From Escherichia phage S143_2, in sequence record MZ189261.1: a stretch of DNA of 64,000 bases, one strand, 5' to 3'. A program made the translations under genes and the position numbers. The stretch's first letter is position 1. Each line of letters begins with the position of its first letter. Of the stretch, positions 20,409 through 29,813 are shown one piece after another. The notes under the pieces are model-generated. The model was not told where the DNA came from and ran no database searches. It was given only the letters and a program-made list of their open reading frames with translations.

Positions 20409-22495
20409 TATCCTTGGACAAATTTAAACGGAACTGATTCTAAATCCATTAAAGATGCTAACAATTTCAATCCTTTAGGAGCACTAGTTTTTTCTACAAA
20501 TGAGGAGAACGATATCGGCTCATCTGATTCGATTTCACCCGTCATAGCAACCACCTCACCTGTTTCCATGAGAACATCACCGTCGTAAATGACAGCTTCG
20601 TCCAACTGGTCTGAGGACATGACTTCAGCTTGAATAAATTTAAGGTTGGATTCTAAACCTGCACCAGTGTCAGATGACGCATCTGTAATTTTATTTATCT
20701 GCAAGAGAATGCCTCTAGGCAAAATAATTTCTTGCTCATTAGGGTGATTACTCAACTGTCCAGGATAAATCACGTTAACTTTATGGGCGCCATCAATAGC
20801 CCATCCAACGTTAACACGGATTTGGTCTGGTGCATGCATAGCTGTTCTTACTTGACTAGGAGAAATAGTAACACCTTCGTCATTATTGTCAATGTTAAGC
20901 TCTTTGCGAACTTCTTCAGGAGCAAGTCCAAGGGCAACGTTCTCTTTAAACCCACCAAAAATAATAGGAGCTAGTGAAGTAGAAACATAGTTTCTGAAGT
21001 AGAATACCTTATTTTTAACCATTGCTTCGTAAATAGGCATTCTGATAGACTGGGCTCTATATAACGTTAGTCCTTCAGGTAAACGGTCTCCATTTAAAAA
21101 CGCTGAATCAAGACCATCAATAGCGCGTTTAACTTCATCTTCATCTGCAACATCGTAAAAATCTGGTTTATAACGACCTAACAACATATTATTGATATCC
21201 GTATACGCAGAAGAGGCATATTCACGAATAGCTCGTTTTTCAGCAACAGAGTATTGATTAGGGACCCGATTCATTGTTATATTAAAGGTGCCTCTAGCCG
21301 ATTCTCGTGCATAAGTATACATCACATTAGACAAGAACGCTGATTTACGTTGTTTCCAAGTTCTTTCAGATACTTCAGCTAAAACGTCGTCGGGCAGTTG
21401 GAAATTATCACGTCTAAAATCTTCAAACCATTCGTCTTTAATAGAGTCTGCAATTTCATTTGCAGCTTCGACAAAAGCAGCTAATGCTTTAACAGATGTT
21501 GTTTTTTCAGTTTTAATTTTCTTAGCAAACTTTTCTAAAGTTGGCTTAATAACACTACCATAAGAAACTTCATCAGCAAATCTAAAGGATTCATCAATAC
21601 GATTATAAATCTTATTTTCGATATCAGCAACTAAAGTGCCTTTTGCTGTGGACGATGCTTGGGCTAGTACGATTTCATATGCTTCAGGAAGTAATTCGGC
21701 TGTAGCTGGGCCACTAACTTCTTTAGCAGAATTTTCGTATTTCTGGAATAACTCACCTTCTTGGCGGTCAGCTTCTAAAGATTGACTTGCTGCAATAGCA
21801 CGACGAGAAATTTTAGTACGAGCAATAACAGGCTTATCTTTACGTTTTTCTTCTACCGCAGCAATAGAACCAGCGATAGCCGTTTCTTTGGTGACCATTT
21901 CGCCAGTCTTTTTACTCACATAAACTTCGCCAACATCAGAATCTACTTTCGTGTACAACTCTGTGTTAATGTTAGGGATGCCTTTAATATCTTCAATGTT
22001 GGCATTTTTACGAACCATCATCACATAGGTGTGTTTACCTGTGAATTGATACATTGCCGACAATACTTTAAAACGACCACCGGTTTTAGTAGAAACTAAA
22101 CGAGCAAGAAGAGTTTGAAGCTGCTGTCCGCGTCCTTTCAATTTCTTGGTAGGGAATCGGAATAGAACTGCATCCATACGAAGAGCTTTAACCTGTTCAT
22201 ATACTGTATTGAAAATGGTGTTGATTGCATCAATAGGAGCAGGACCAAGGCCATTTTTCAATTCAGCGAGATTGCCCTTTTCAGATAGACTCATAATAAC
22301 AACATGAGCGTATTTGTCGCCAAGTTTAACTTGTTTTACAGCATCACCTTCGGAAAGGTAAGAGAATAAGCGAACTACGATGTTTGTATCGATATCACCA
22401 ATTTTCCAGACTTGTGGAACTTTAGCTTTAGGGTTCAAATTGACGACAGGAAGACTGCCTTCAGATTCAAACACTTCATTTAATTGTTCAGACAT
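20408..22495 (-). CDS. alt: Alt, packaged mono-ADP-ribosyltransferase
   Basis: 695 aa (T4 Alt 682 aa); C-terminal ART fold motifs R (LYRAQ), STS (YVSTSL), E-x-E-like (NEQEIILP). Confidence 0.9.
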   Translation of the reverse strand: MSEQLNEVFESEGSLPVVNLNPKAKVPQVWKIGDIDTNIVVRLFSYLSEGDAVKQVKLGDKYAHVVIMSLSEKGNLAELKNGLGPAPIDAINTIFNTVYEQVKALRMDAVLFRFPTKKLKGRGQQLQTLLARLVSTKTGGRFKVLSAMYQFTGKHTYVMMVRKNANIEDIKGIPNINTELYTKVDSDVGEVYVSKKTGEMVTKETAIAGSIAAVEEKRKDKPVIARTKISRRAIAASQSLEADRQEGELFQKYENSAKEVSGPATAELLPEAYEIVLAQASSTAKGTLVADIENKIYNRIDESFRFADEVSYGSVIKPTLEKFAKKIKTEKTTSVKALAAFVEAANEIADSIKDEWFEDFRRDNFQLPDDVLAEVSERTWKQRKSAFLSNVMYTYARESARGTFNITMNRVPNQYSVAEKRAIREYASSAYTDINNMLLGRYKPDFYDVADEDEVKRAIDGLDSAFLNGDRLPEGLTLYRAQSIRMPIYEAMVKNKVFYFRNYVSTSLAPIIFGGFKENVALGLAPEEVRKELNIDNNDEGVTISPSQVRTAMHAPDQIRVNVGWAIDGAHKVNVIYPGQLSNHPNEQEIILPRGILLQINKITDASSDTGAGLESNLKFIQAEVMSSDQLDEAVIYDGDVLMETGEVVAMTGEIESDEPISFSSFVEKTSAPKGLKLLASLMDLESVPFKFVQG

Positions 22496-22530
22496 AGTGT
22501 TTTCCTTTTAGTAATAATTTATATTTATGC

Positions 22531-22551
22531 CAAAAAGAGCCCGAAGGCTCT
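22531..22551 (-). terminator. Hairpin/terminator between ORF 22551..22739 and alt
   Basis: AGAGCC-UUCG-GGCUCU on - strand RNA followed by UUUUUG. Confidence 0.45.
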
Positions 22552-22739
22552 TAATCCACAATCGGGAGCAAAGTACGATAAACTTCAAAATTAGGGCCTT
22601 TTTCGTACCCATTAACGTTATCTACGAAAACCCGATACGAATTTTCATTAGGAAAATCTAATATAATCTGAGAGCAAGAGGTGGAAACATCTCCACCATC
22701 CTTCTTAGCTACAATAACTGTTTCTAAATAAGCTTTCAT
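22551..22739 (-). CDS. Hypothetical protein, 62 aa
   Basis: ATG at 22739 overlaps the gene 30 stop (TAATG coupling); longer ORF-track N-terminus rejected. Confidence 0.45.
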   Translation of the reverse strand: MKAYLETVIVAKKDGGDVSTSCSQIILDFPNENSYRVFVDNVNGYEKGPNFEVYRTLLPIVD

Positions 22740-24232
22740 TATAAACCTGTCTGGGACCACGGTCCAAATACGTCTTCAAACGAATCCGCTTCTGTTTTAT
22801 CAAAACGGAACCCTTTAATAATTGGAAGGAAAATACCTACAGTACCTTCACGGCCTTTAGAATGAACCCAACCATTACATTCACAATCAGCGATACGTCC
22901 AATTAATTTACCTTCACGAGCTTCGGTCATTAATCGTTCACGGTCTAAATCATGACGCTCGTCTAAAGGAATAAGAACCTTTACACCGTCAACTGTTTTA
23001 TGAGTTGTATCTTTAAACCCTGAACCACAATCGGTTGTAATACGACGACAACGTGATACGAGTTCGACACCACCTAATTTGTTAGGGTCTTTAGAGTGTT
23101 CATAGTATCCTACAACTTCTAAAGCGATATCAATAACTTCTTTAAATTTAATTAGGTTCTTAGAGCGTTTGTTTTCCCAATATGAATCACGGTTTTTAAG
23201 GATAATACCTTCAAGACCTTGGTCAACATATTTTTTATAAACTACTTTAGCTTCGTCAAGATTACGAACTAACTGATTTTCAATTGGTTCAATTCGCTTA
23301 AAGCCTTCAGCCATATTTTCAAGAGCAGCAAAACGAACATCGTATTTCTGACCTTTAATTTTGCCGTCAGAATAGACTTCATCTAAAGGAACATAGTCCC
23401 AGGCTTGAAGAACCATACCTTCCGCTTCTTTAGGAGAAATAGTCCCTTGAAGAGATTTATTTGCTAAACCATTTGAAGTGCTACGGTCTGCAACTTGTAC
23501 TTCTTCGGATTCTTCATTATCACCAAATAAGAACGACAGGTCATTTCCTGAGCTCACAGCCTTTTTAATATCGAATGAATGATAAACTAATTCACCGTCG
23601 ATTAAAACCCCATTAGGGTGTCTTTCACGAGCTTCTTTAGTCATTTCCATTAGTTCATCCGCTAATAGAGTAAGACCATGGTATTCGTTACCAGCACGAG
23701 AAAAGAATTGAACACCATCATCGCGAACTTCAGCGAAACAACGAGCACCATCTGCTTTTAATTGGGCAAATGCGGGCCATTTAATATTTTTAGTAATCAA
23801 TTTCTCATCATATGCAGATGCTAACATCTGTGGTTGCAATTGAATAAGTCCAGGCCACACCTTATTCGCGATAGACACTGAAGCACCTACTTCAAGGTCG
23901 CGCATCATTACACGACGAAGGACTTCTACATCATCAGGTTTACCGTCAGCGATATAACCCATGAGCTCTTTAATTGCGGCATTACCGGTGAGTTTACGAG
24001 TGGCTAATGTGAACTCAATAAAATCCAACATGTCATCTAATTCAAGAAGACCATATGCTTGGGACCTTTCACCCGGCCCCGGCCATTTCTTAATATAATA
24101 CTGGATACCACGTGCATATGTTAAACGATACACACGTTCAAGTAATTTGTTGTCCTTATTTTTCTTAAGGATTTCTTGTTTTGTTTTAGTAGAACCGATC
24201 GCAGCTATTTGGTTTAAAATATCTAAAATCAT
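22739..24232 (-). CDS. 30: ATP-dependent DNA ligase gp30
   Basis: 497 aa; N-terminus and adenylation motif KADGAR match T4 DNA ligase as remembered. Confidence 0.95.
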   Translation of the reverse strand: MILDILNQIAAIGSTKTKQEILKKNKDNKLLERVYRLTYARGIQYYIKKWPGPGERSQAYGLLELDDMLDFIEFTLATRKLTGNAAIKELMGYIADGKPDDVEVLRRVMMRDLEVGASVSIANKVWPGLIQLQPQMLASAYDEKLITKNIKWPAFAQLKADGARCFAEVRDDGVQFFSRAGNEYHGLTLLADELMEMTKEARERHPNGVLIDGELVYHSFDIKKAVSSGNDLSFLFGDNEESEEVQVADRSTSNGLANKSLQGTISPKEAEGMVLQAWDYVPLDEVYSDGKIKGQKYDVRFAALENMAEGFKRIEPIENQLVRNLDEAKVVYKKYVDQGLEGIILKNRDSYWENKRSKNLIKFKEVIDIALEVVGYYEHSKDPNKLGGVELVSRCRRITTDCGSGFKDTTHKTVDGVKVLIPLDERHDLDRERLMTEAREGKLIGRIADCECNGWVHSKGREGTVGIFLPIIKGFRFDKTEADSFEDVFGPWSQTGL

Positions 24233-24498
24233 TTGATGTCCTCGATTTTGGTTACGGTTCTATTATAAGCCACTTCATCTAGAAGCGATTTCAGCGTTTT
24301 CTGATAAGTGGTAATCCATTTACCGAGTCCTTCAACATAGTATTCTGAAATGTAGATGAACCCTTGTTCAACACACTCTTTAAATATTTCCGCGTCTTTT
24401 ACTGAACGAAACAATGGCCAGTCTCGAAAGAACATGTTAACGTGACCGTAGTCACGCGTTGTGTTTTTGCCATCTGTAATATCATGAACTACAAACAT
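24229..24498 (-). CDS. Hypothetical protein, 89 aa (30.1 position)
   Basis: ORF with 4-nt overlap onto ligase start. Confidence 0.5.
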   Translation of the reverse strand: MFVVHDITDGKNTTRDYGHVNMFFRDWPLFRSVKDAEIFKECVEQGFIYISEYYVEGLGKWITTYQKTLKSLLDEVAYNRTVTKIEDIK

Positions 24499-24510
24499 AA
24501 TTAACCCTTA

Positions 24511-25323
24511 TCAATTTGTAGACCAAGTCCATTTGGACGAATCTAAAGGAAAGTTTTGAATCGTCCACCATGGCTGCATATCAGTCGGTCCTGGGGTTCG
24601 CCAGGTATACGGATTCGACGGAGCGCCAATTTGATTAGGCCATGCACCTGGACTTGTTGTACCAGATTCTTTAAGCAAATCCGCCAATCGTTTTAAAAGG
24701 TCTTCACGATCTGAATCTGAATTATGCTCGGGTGGAACCAAACGAGATTCAATATCATCCCACGTGTGTACACGTTGTGCAGTACGAGGAATGGCATCAC
24801 GTTCACCACGAGCCAACCAATAAATCGGTACATTAAGAATTTCTGCTGCATGGTCACAGTGATGAGCTAAATCGTCAACGTAACAAATCACGTTATATTT
24901 TGTTTTAGCTAGTTCGAATAATTGTTCCTTTGAAGAATCATGACCACACATCATTACTTCAGAGAAAGCGCCTGGGAACAAAGCATTCAAATTAAATTGT
25001 CTATTCAATCGAGCATCAATTGAATCACCTAGCGCCGTCACGGCTACAAAATTATAGTCTTCTTTTAGTTTATTGATAACTCGAAGAGCATCCGAATAAG
25101 GCGCTAAGTAACGAATAAAATCAGAGCTATTATATTTTTCTATCAATTGTTTACCAAGGTTATCGTCGGTATTGAACAGTTTACCAGGAGAAATAAATTT
25201 TTCGTCCTGAATCATTTTTAAAATATGTTCTAATGGAAGATTATATTTTTGGGCAAAATAAGGAAGTCCAGATTGCCAGCTTAAACATACACCATCAATA
25301 TCAGTCAAAATAGTAGGTTTCAT
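24511..25323 (-). CDS. HAD-superfamily phosphatase-like protein (30.2 position)
   Basis: 270 aa; N-terminal DxDGV motif (ILTDIDGV) and later DD motif (YVDDLAHH) typical of HAD hydrolases. Confidence 0.6.
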   Translation of the reverse strand: MKPTILTDIDGVCLSWQSGLPYFAQKYNLPLEHILKMIQDEKFISPGKLFNTDDNLGKQLIEKYNSSDFIRYLAPYSDALRVINKLKEDYNFVAVTALGDSIDARLNRQFNLNALFPGAFSEVMMCGHDSSKEQLFELAKTKYNVICYVDDLAHHCDHAAEILNVPIYWLARGERDAIPRTAQRVHTWDDIESRLVPPEHNSDSDREDLLKRLADLLKESGTTSPGAWPNQIGAPSNPYTWRTPGPTDMQPWWTIQNFPLDSSKWTWSTN

Positions 25324-25787
25324 AAAGAGTCTCTTAATAGGTTTAACACATCAATAAATTCAGCTTCGGTTAGTATTGTATCATCTTTTGTTAGACCGCT
25401 AGCCATGCTGTGCTTCAAAATTTTTCCTTTAGAGGCTTGTAAGGCATCACGAAACCCCTTGTTTTGGATCGCGGCTTCAAAATATGCATTTGTGTATAAT
25501 TCTTTCCACGCTTCGGAGTATCTTGAAAATGGAACTCCTAACCAGAAGAGAGTTCCACGGTCCTGAGCTCTTGCATAAGACCTTCCAGCTTGCTGTGCAG
25601 CCAATCCAGACATCCCAAATATGCGTCTTTGTTGTTCAACATTTTTCACCTTACATCCTTGGAGAAATCCTTCAAGTCCTCCGAATTGAATACCATCCAT
25701 AACGAAAGGCCATTGAGCAAAGTTACTTAATGCACATGACGGCCATTTGAAATTGCTTCTTATTTCTAATTCAGACATCTTTAACAC
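25320..25787 (-). CDS. NADAR/YbiA-like (DUF1768) protein (30.3 position)
   Basis: 155 aa; motif LSNFAQWP...DG closely resembles YbiA FSNFAAWP...DG, plus EGFLQGCK vs EHYFQAQK. Confidence 0.55.
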   Translation of the reverse strand: MLKMSELEIRSNFKWPSCALSNFAQWPFVMDGIQFGGLEGFLQGCKVKNVEQQRRIFGMSGLAAQQAGRSYARAQDRGTLFWLGVPFSRYSEAWKELYTNAYFEAAIQNKGFRDALQASKGKILKHSMASGLTKDDTILTEAEFIDVLNLLRDSL

Positions 25788-25989
25788 TTATAATTTCAAC
25801 ATCAGCCCAATGGCCATATCCAGGTATACGGTCTTCGATAGATAAATTTCCGTCATTTTTAGGCATTTTAATTGACGTAACGTATGGTTCTAAACGGTTT
25901 TCTGCATAATACGGAAAAACGTCTGTTACACGATAAGTAACTTCGATCATTTCCGTACCAAACAATTTCTGGATTAATTTATTCAACAT
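25771..25989 (-). CDS. Hypothetical protein, 72 aa
   Basis: ORF in 30.x early region, overlapping neighbours. Confidence 0.4.
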   Translation of the reverse strand: MLNKLIQKLFGTEMIEVTYRVTDVFPYYAENRLEPYVTSIKMPKNDGNLSIEDRIPGYGHWADVEIISVKDV

Positions 25990-26176
25990 GTTTCAACCCT
26001 TTAATAGGAGATAACTCTTTACCCATACGTATGTCAGAAGTCCCATCAACCCATTGAACAGCATACGCTTCATTGATAATTCCAGCAGTGGTTTTAAATT
26101 CACGGAGAACTTTAAAAATCATCCCAGGAATTCCAACACCTTTTAATTGAACTGTTTGTGCTATTAAAAATTTCAT
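25979..26176 (-). CDS. Hypothetical protein, 65 aa
   Basis: ORF in 30.x early region. Confidence 0.4.
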   Translation of the reverse strand: MKFLIAQTVQLKGVGIPGMIFKVLREFKTTAGIINEAYAVQWVDGTSDIRMGKELSPIKGLKHVE

Positions 26177-26230
26177 ATTTTTCCACTTACTAAAGAAATC
26201 ATTATACTCTAATCCGTCCTTGGATGTAAA

Positions 26231-26848
26231 CTACTTAACGAAATTAATTTCTACCGGATGAACAACAGGTTGAGCAGTGATATATTGGGTAATTGCTTTC
26301 AAGACTAGAGCTTCAGACCCAGGATTTTTCTCAACGAATTCACGTGCTTGGTTATGAGCTTCAAGTTCACTTAGTAAACCACTTCGTTGGCATCCACGGT
26401 CTTGAGTACCCTGTTCAGATAAAAAGACGACGATGTATTTTTCATCATCGTCATACGGTTTAGACGGTTGAGCAAATGTTCCTTTACTTCCAAAAGGAGA
26501 GTTATGACGCCACATCACGCCGTGAGGAGTTTCAACCTTCGTATATTCGTGCGGGCCGTTTTTCTTAGTTTCTTGATGTGGAACTTTGTAGACCTTAGGG
26601 TTAGGACATTCAATAAAATGCTCATCTAAATCGGTCGAGAATATTAAAGTAAAACAATTACTAAATTTACCAACACCCGCCTGATAAATTTTACCTTCAG
26701 AAGTTCTAATTTCACAAACTGAGCCGGCATCAGTAACTTCTAAAACTTCAAAAGGCTCGATAAGGTCATATGAGAACATGTTTTTAAGGCGTGGAGTAAT
26801 ATCCCCATTTTTAAAATTCATTTTATAAAAAGTATTAACTTTAAACAT
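26231..26848 (-). CDS. Hypothetical protein, 205 aa
   Basis: Long ORF; GC-hairpin (GGGAGC-UUCG-GCUCCC) immediately 5' of its RBS. Confidence 0.5.
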   Translation of the reverse strand: MFKVNTFYKMNFKNGDITPRLKNMFSYDLIEPFEVLEVTDAGSVCEIRTSEGKIYQAGVGKFSNCFTLIFSTDLDEHFIECPNPKVYKVPHQETKKNGPHEYTKVETPHGVMWRHNSPFGSKGTFAQPSKPYDDDEKYIVVFLSEQGTQDRGCQRSGLLSELEAHNQAREFVEKNPGSEALVLKAITQYITAQPVVHPVEINFVK

Positions 26849-26883
26849 AATTTCCTCAGTGGGAGCCGAAGCTCCCAGTTAAA

Positions 26884-27249
26884 TTAGATGTCGAATTCGT
26901 TAAGAACTACATCAAAGATTGCTTCGAGATGTTCAGGTTTAGCTCGGTTGCTCAGGATATGACGAATCCAAGTTTTAACCAGAAGTTTACGATTAACACC
27001 GTTCCAGCAAGGATGAGTACCTAAATCACGTTGACGGAAATCGTCATCTAATGCAATTTTGAAGTTAGAACCTTCCATCGTGATTGAAACCGTGATGCCA
27101 TTTTCAAATCGCATATAAACGTAATTAGGAGTCATATACTGCTCAATTTCGCATACTGAACCGTTATTATGCTTCCATAAGCAAATTGTATCGATAGAAC
27201 CAGCAATACCGTTAGAAACATATTTACGTTCGAAGTTGATGTAGTTCAT
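26884..27249 (-). CDS. Hypothetical protein, 121 aa
   Basis: ORF with own early promoter and RBS GGAGAAT. Confidence 0.55.
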   Translation of the reverse strand: MNYINFERKYVSNGIAGSIDTICLWKHNNGSVCEIEQYMTPNYVYMRFENGITVSITMEGSNFKIALDDDFRQRDLGTHPCWNGVNRKLLVKTWIRHILSNRAKPEHLEAIFDVVLNEFDI

Positions 27250-27290
27250 TTTATTCTCCAGATGTTTAAGTTGTTTGTTGGTACAGGTCT

Positions 27291-27319
27291 ATAATAACAA
27301 AACCTGTACCAAAGTAAAC
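27291..27319 (-). promoter_or_regulatory. Early promoter (GTTTAC / TATTAT)
   Basis: Upstream of ORF 26884..27249; -10 lies inside 8-bp inverted repeat GGTACAGG/CCTGTACC. Confidence 0.5.
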
Positions 27320-27323
27320 ATTT

Positions 27324-27695
27324 TTATTTGATTTTTGTCCACTTAGCTGAATCAATAACACCTTTTGCTTTAATCTTCTCGATTAATGCCTCTGCACGAT
27401 TTCTGGCATTTTCGTACCATACAACATCTTCAGAGTAACCAGTCTCTTCATCTTCGTAAGTTTTAGAACGAATACAACCATAAACTGTAGAATTCAGACG
27501 GTAAATTTCACCAGTGAAAAAGTTTTCGATTTCGATATGATAACAAAAATCGTCTGAAGGGCCATCAGGAGTTGTACAATAAACTACATCACCTTGAACT
27601 GAACGAACCATCCACTGTAACTCGTTAACAACTTGAGATTTATATCCATCATGGTCACGGCATTTAATTGTAGCATTTAAATTGATAGTGTTCAT
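27324..27695 (-). CDS. Hypothetical protein, 123 aa
   Basis: ORF with own early promoter and the same leader/RBS module as 26884..27249. Confidence 0.55.
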   Translation of the reverse strand: MNTINLNATIKCRDHDGYKSQVVNELQWMVRSVQGDVVYCTTPDGPSDDFCYHIEIENFFTGEIYRLNSTVYGCIRSKTYEDEETGYSEDVVWYENARNRAEALIEKIKAKGVIDSAKWTKIK

Positions 27696-27737
27696 TTTAT
27701 TCTCCGGTTGTTTTTATTGATTAGGTGGTACAAGTCT

Positions 27738-27766
27738 ATAGTAACACATCCTACAGGAGAGTAAAC
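27738..27766 (-). promoter_or_regulatory. Early promoter (GTTTAC / TACTAT)
   Basis: Upstream of ORF 27324..27695; shares leader module with 27291..27319. Confidence 0.5.
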
Positions 27767-27796
27767 ATCTTTTTTTAAACTTTTTCTGCCCTAAAC

Positions 27797-27822
27797 GCAC
27801 AAAAGGGAGACCGAAGTCTCCC
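27797..27822 (-). terminator. Terminator (GGGAGAC-UUCG-GUCUCCC + U4) upstream of rIII region
   Basis: Same 18-nt hairpin as at 4721, 42910, 51229; U tract follows on - strand. Confidence 0.55.
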
Positions 27823-28170
27823 TAAAATTATGCAACAACCTTTCCAAAACGAGAAGCATCATCTCGAAGAACTGCACGTGCTCTGCGCATGATCTTCTCA
27901 ACTGTTTGATTAATACGAGAGTTCGACCCACGCTTGTATCCAGCGCGTTTAGAGGTACCATCAACTTTCTTTTCTACTGCTTTCTTTGCTTTAGCTTGTT
28001 TTGCCATTATAAATTCTCTTTAAATGAAAATGCAGGACTTATTGACATTGCCTGCTCAAGCCCTCAAGGGGAACATAGGTTTTGGATATTTAACGACAGG
28101 ATAACCATAAACCCGTCATCATACCGACCACGACTTACACAGCTAACATTTTGCTGACGCATGATAGTAA

Positions 28171-28419
28171 TTATTTCAAAGTAATAACAAAATGACGAAC
28201 TGCTTTACGTGCTGCAGAAGCCAGAGGCTTAGCATATTTCAATTCATCTTTCTGGACCAGGATATCGCGAAGATCGGCTTGTGCTGGATTCAGATGTTTG
28301 AAATACTGTAAGATTTCAAGAGCTTCGGCTTCAACATCAATAGATGCGCCGTAATTGTCATGGCCATTATTCCATGCATGGCGTTGCAGTTCAAGAGCGT
28401 GTTGTAATTGTTTAATCAT
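28171..28419 (-). CDS. rIII: rIII lysis-inhibition accessory protein
   Basis: 82 aa (T4 rIII 82 aa) immediately before gene 31 as in T4. Confidence 0.65.
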   Translation of the reverse strand: MIKQLQHALELQRHAWNNGHDNYGASIDVEAEALEILQYFKHLNPAQADLRDILVQKDELKYAKPLASAARKAVRHFVITLK

Positions 28420-28543
28420 TTTAAATTCTCAATTCGAGATAATACTTAGTAGCCACGTTCTTCTGAATTTCACTTTCTTTCGTCAAGTCTCTCAGTTGTA
28501 GGCTACCGCTTAGAAGAGTGTTCTCTTCATATAGTTATTTATA

Positions 28544-28876
28544 TCACTTATAAAGACATGGAATAGCTTTATAGTGGCATGTTACGAATTTCTGTTTAAT
28601 TTCTTTAGGTTGTTTAAGACCTAAAGCCACAAATGGATGTGGAACATTTCGAATTTGTCCAACTGGTAGTGGAGTCAAATCACCGACTTCAACAAAACCT
28701 TCAGGAACATCAGGACCTACAGAATGAACTACACATAGTTCAGGAACTTCACCTTGAACACGTTTACCAATCACAAGTCCTGATTCGGTAACTTCTTCAT
28801 CACCTGCTTGAGCGGGTTCAGAAACCAGAATGACATATTCACCAACAGCACGAATTGGGAGTTGTACTTCAGACAT
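28544..28876 (-). CDS. 31: Co-chaperonin gp31 (GroES analogue for capsid folding)
   Basis: 110 aa; sequence [28 protein letters not shown]... matches T4 gp31 nearly residue-for-residue as remembered. Confidence 0.9.
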   Translation of the reverse strand: MSEVQLPIRAVGEYVILVSEPAQAGDEEVTESGLVIGKRVQGEVPELCVVHSVGPDVPEGFVEVGDLTPLPVGQIRNVPHPFVALGLKQPKEIKQKFVTCHYKAIPCLYK

Positions 28877-28933
28877 CTTATTTCCTTGTTGTTTGACGAT
28901 AGATTAATAATACCATACTATTCGTAAAGCATA

Positions 28934-29242
28934 TTACATAAGAAGCAAACGTTCCACCGGAGTACCATCAACCGAAATTACTTTATCAAGGCGGAAAGAA
29001 CGCCACTGACCTAACTTGGTGTCGAATGCTCGAGCTGATTCACGAGGTTCATAACGAACTTCTGTTGCTGGATTGTTATTTTCATATTTGACTTCAAGTT
29101 CATCGCGCGAAGCAAACATAGTGCGTACCTCGCCGTTAGCCTTTTCAAATACAACACAATGAACGCCTACAGACAGAATAGTTTTAATACGTTCACGAAG
29201 AACCATAGTTTCTTGTTCAGTTAAAATCATATTATTCACCAC
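28934..29242 (-). CDS. Hypothetical protein, 102 aa (31.1 position)
   Basis: ORF between gene 31 and cd. Confidence 0.5.
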   Translation of the reverse strand: MVNNMILTEQETMVLRERIKTILSVGVHCVVFEKANGEVRTMFASRDELEVKYENNNPATEVRYEPRESARAFDTKLGQWRSFRLDKVISVDGTPVERLLLM

Positions 29243-29813
29243 AAAAGTTTCGGATTTGTTCCCAATTCAGAGAACGAAGATTATTACGAGAGTACTGAAT
29301 TACTTCAATACCGGCTTGTTTTAGAATGTCTGCCCAATTTTCAGGAGATCTGTCATATAATTCTGCGTATACAACCTTTTTAATACCTGACTGCGTAATA
29401 GCTTTAGTGCAATCAGGACATGGAGAAAGCGTCGTATATAACGTAGCACCTTCAATAGAATTACCTTTACGAGCTGCAAACAAAATTGCATTCAATTCTG
29501 CATGGATTTCATTATTAGCAGACCATGCACTATGAGCGGCCCGATGTTCTTTAGCCAAAACAAAATTATCTGCCCGTCCAAATGCTGTAGTGCCTTCTTT
29601 ATGTCCAGCAACGATGACCGGACTTGGTTTATTCTTCAACCAACCGTTTTCGGATGCATGTTCGCAACAGTTTGTACCACCTGAAGGAGAGCCATTATAA
29701 CCTGTAGAAATAATGCGTCCATCTTTTTCAATGACTGCGCCAACTTTCCATGAACAACATTTTGATTCTTGAGAAATCAGATATGCAATCTGAAGGTATG
29801 TGCTAGCTTTCAT
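29232..29813 (-). CDS. cd: dCMP deaminase
   Basis: 193 aa (T4 Cd 193 aa); zinc-deaminase motifs HAE and PCxxC (SPCPDC). Confidence 0.9.
   Translation of the reverse strand: MKASTYLQIAYLISQESKCCSWKVGAVIEKDGRIISTGYNGSPSGGTNCCEHASENGWLKNKPSPVIVAGHKEGTTAFGRADNFVLAKEHRAAHSAWSANNEIHAELNAILFAARKGNSIEGATLYTTLSPCPDCTKAITQSGIKKVVYAELYDRSPENWADILKQAGIEVIQYSRNNLRSLNWEQIRNFCGE

Noticed and set aside
27828-28008. Possible small basic protein (MAKQAKAKKAVEKKVD...) on the - strand between rIII and the 123-aa ORF
   Set aside because: The ATG-initiated frame stops after 19 codons; the basic continuation is in another frame without a start codon. Could be a frameshifted remnant or a programmed shift, but not supportable as a CDS from sequence alone
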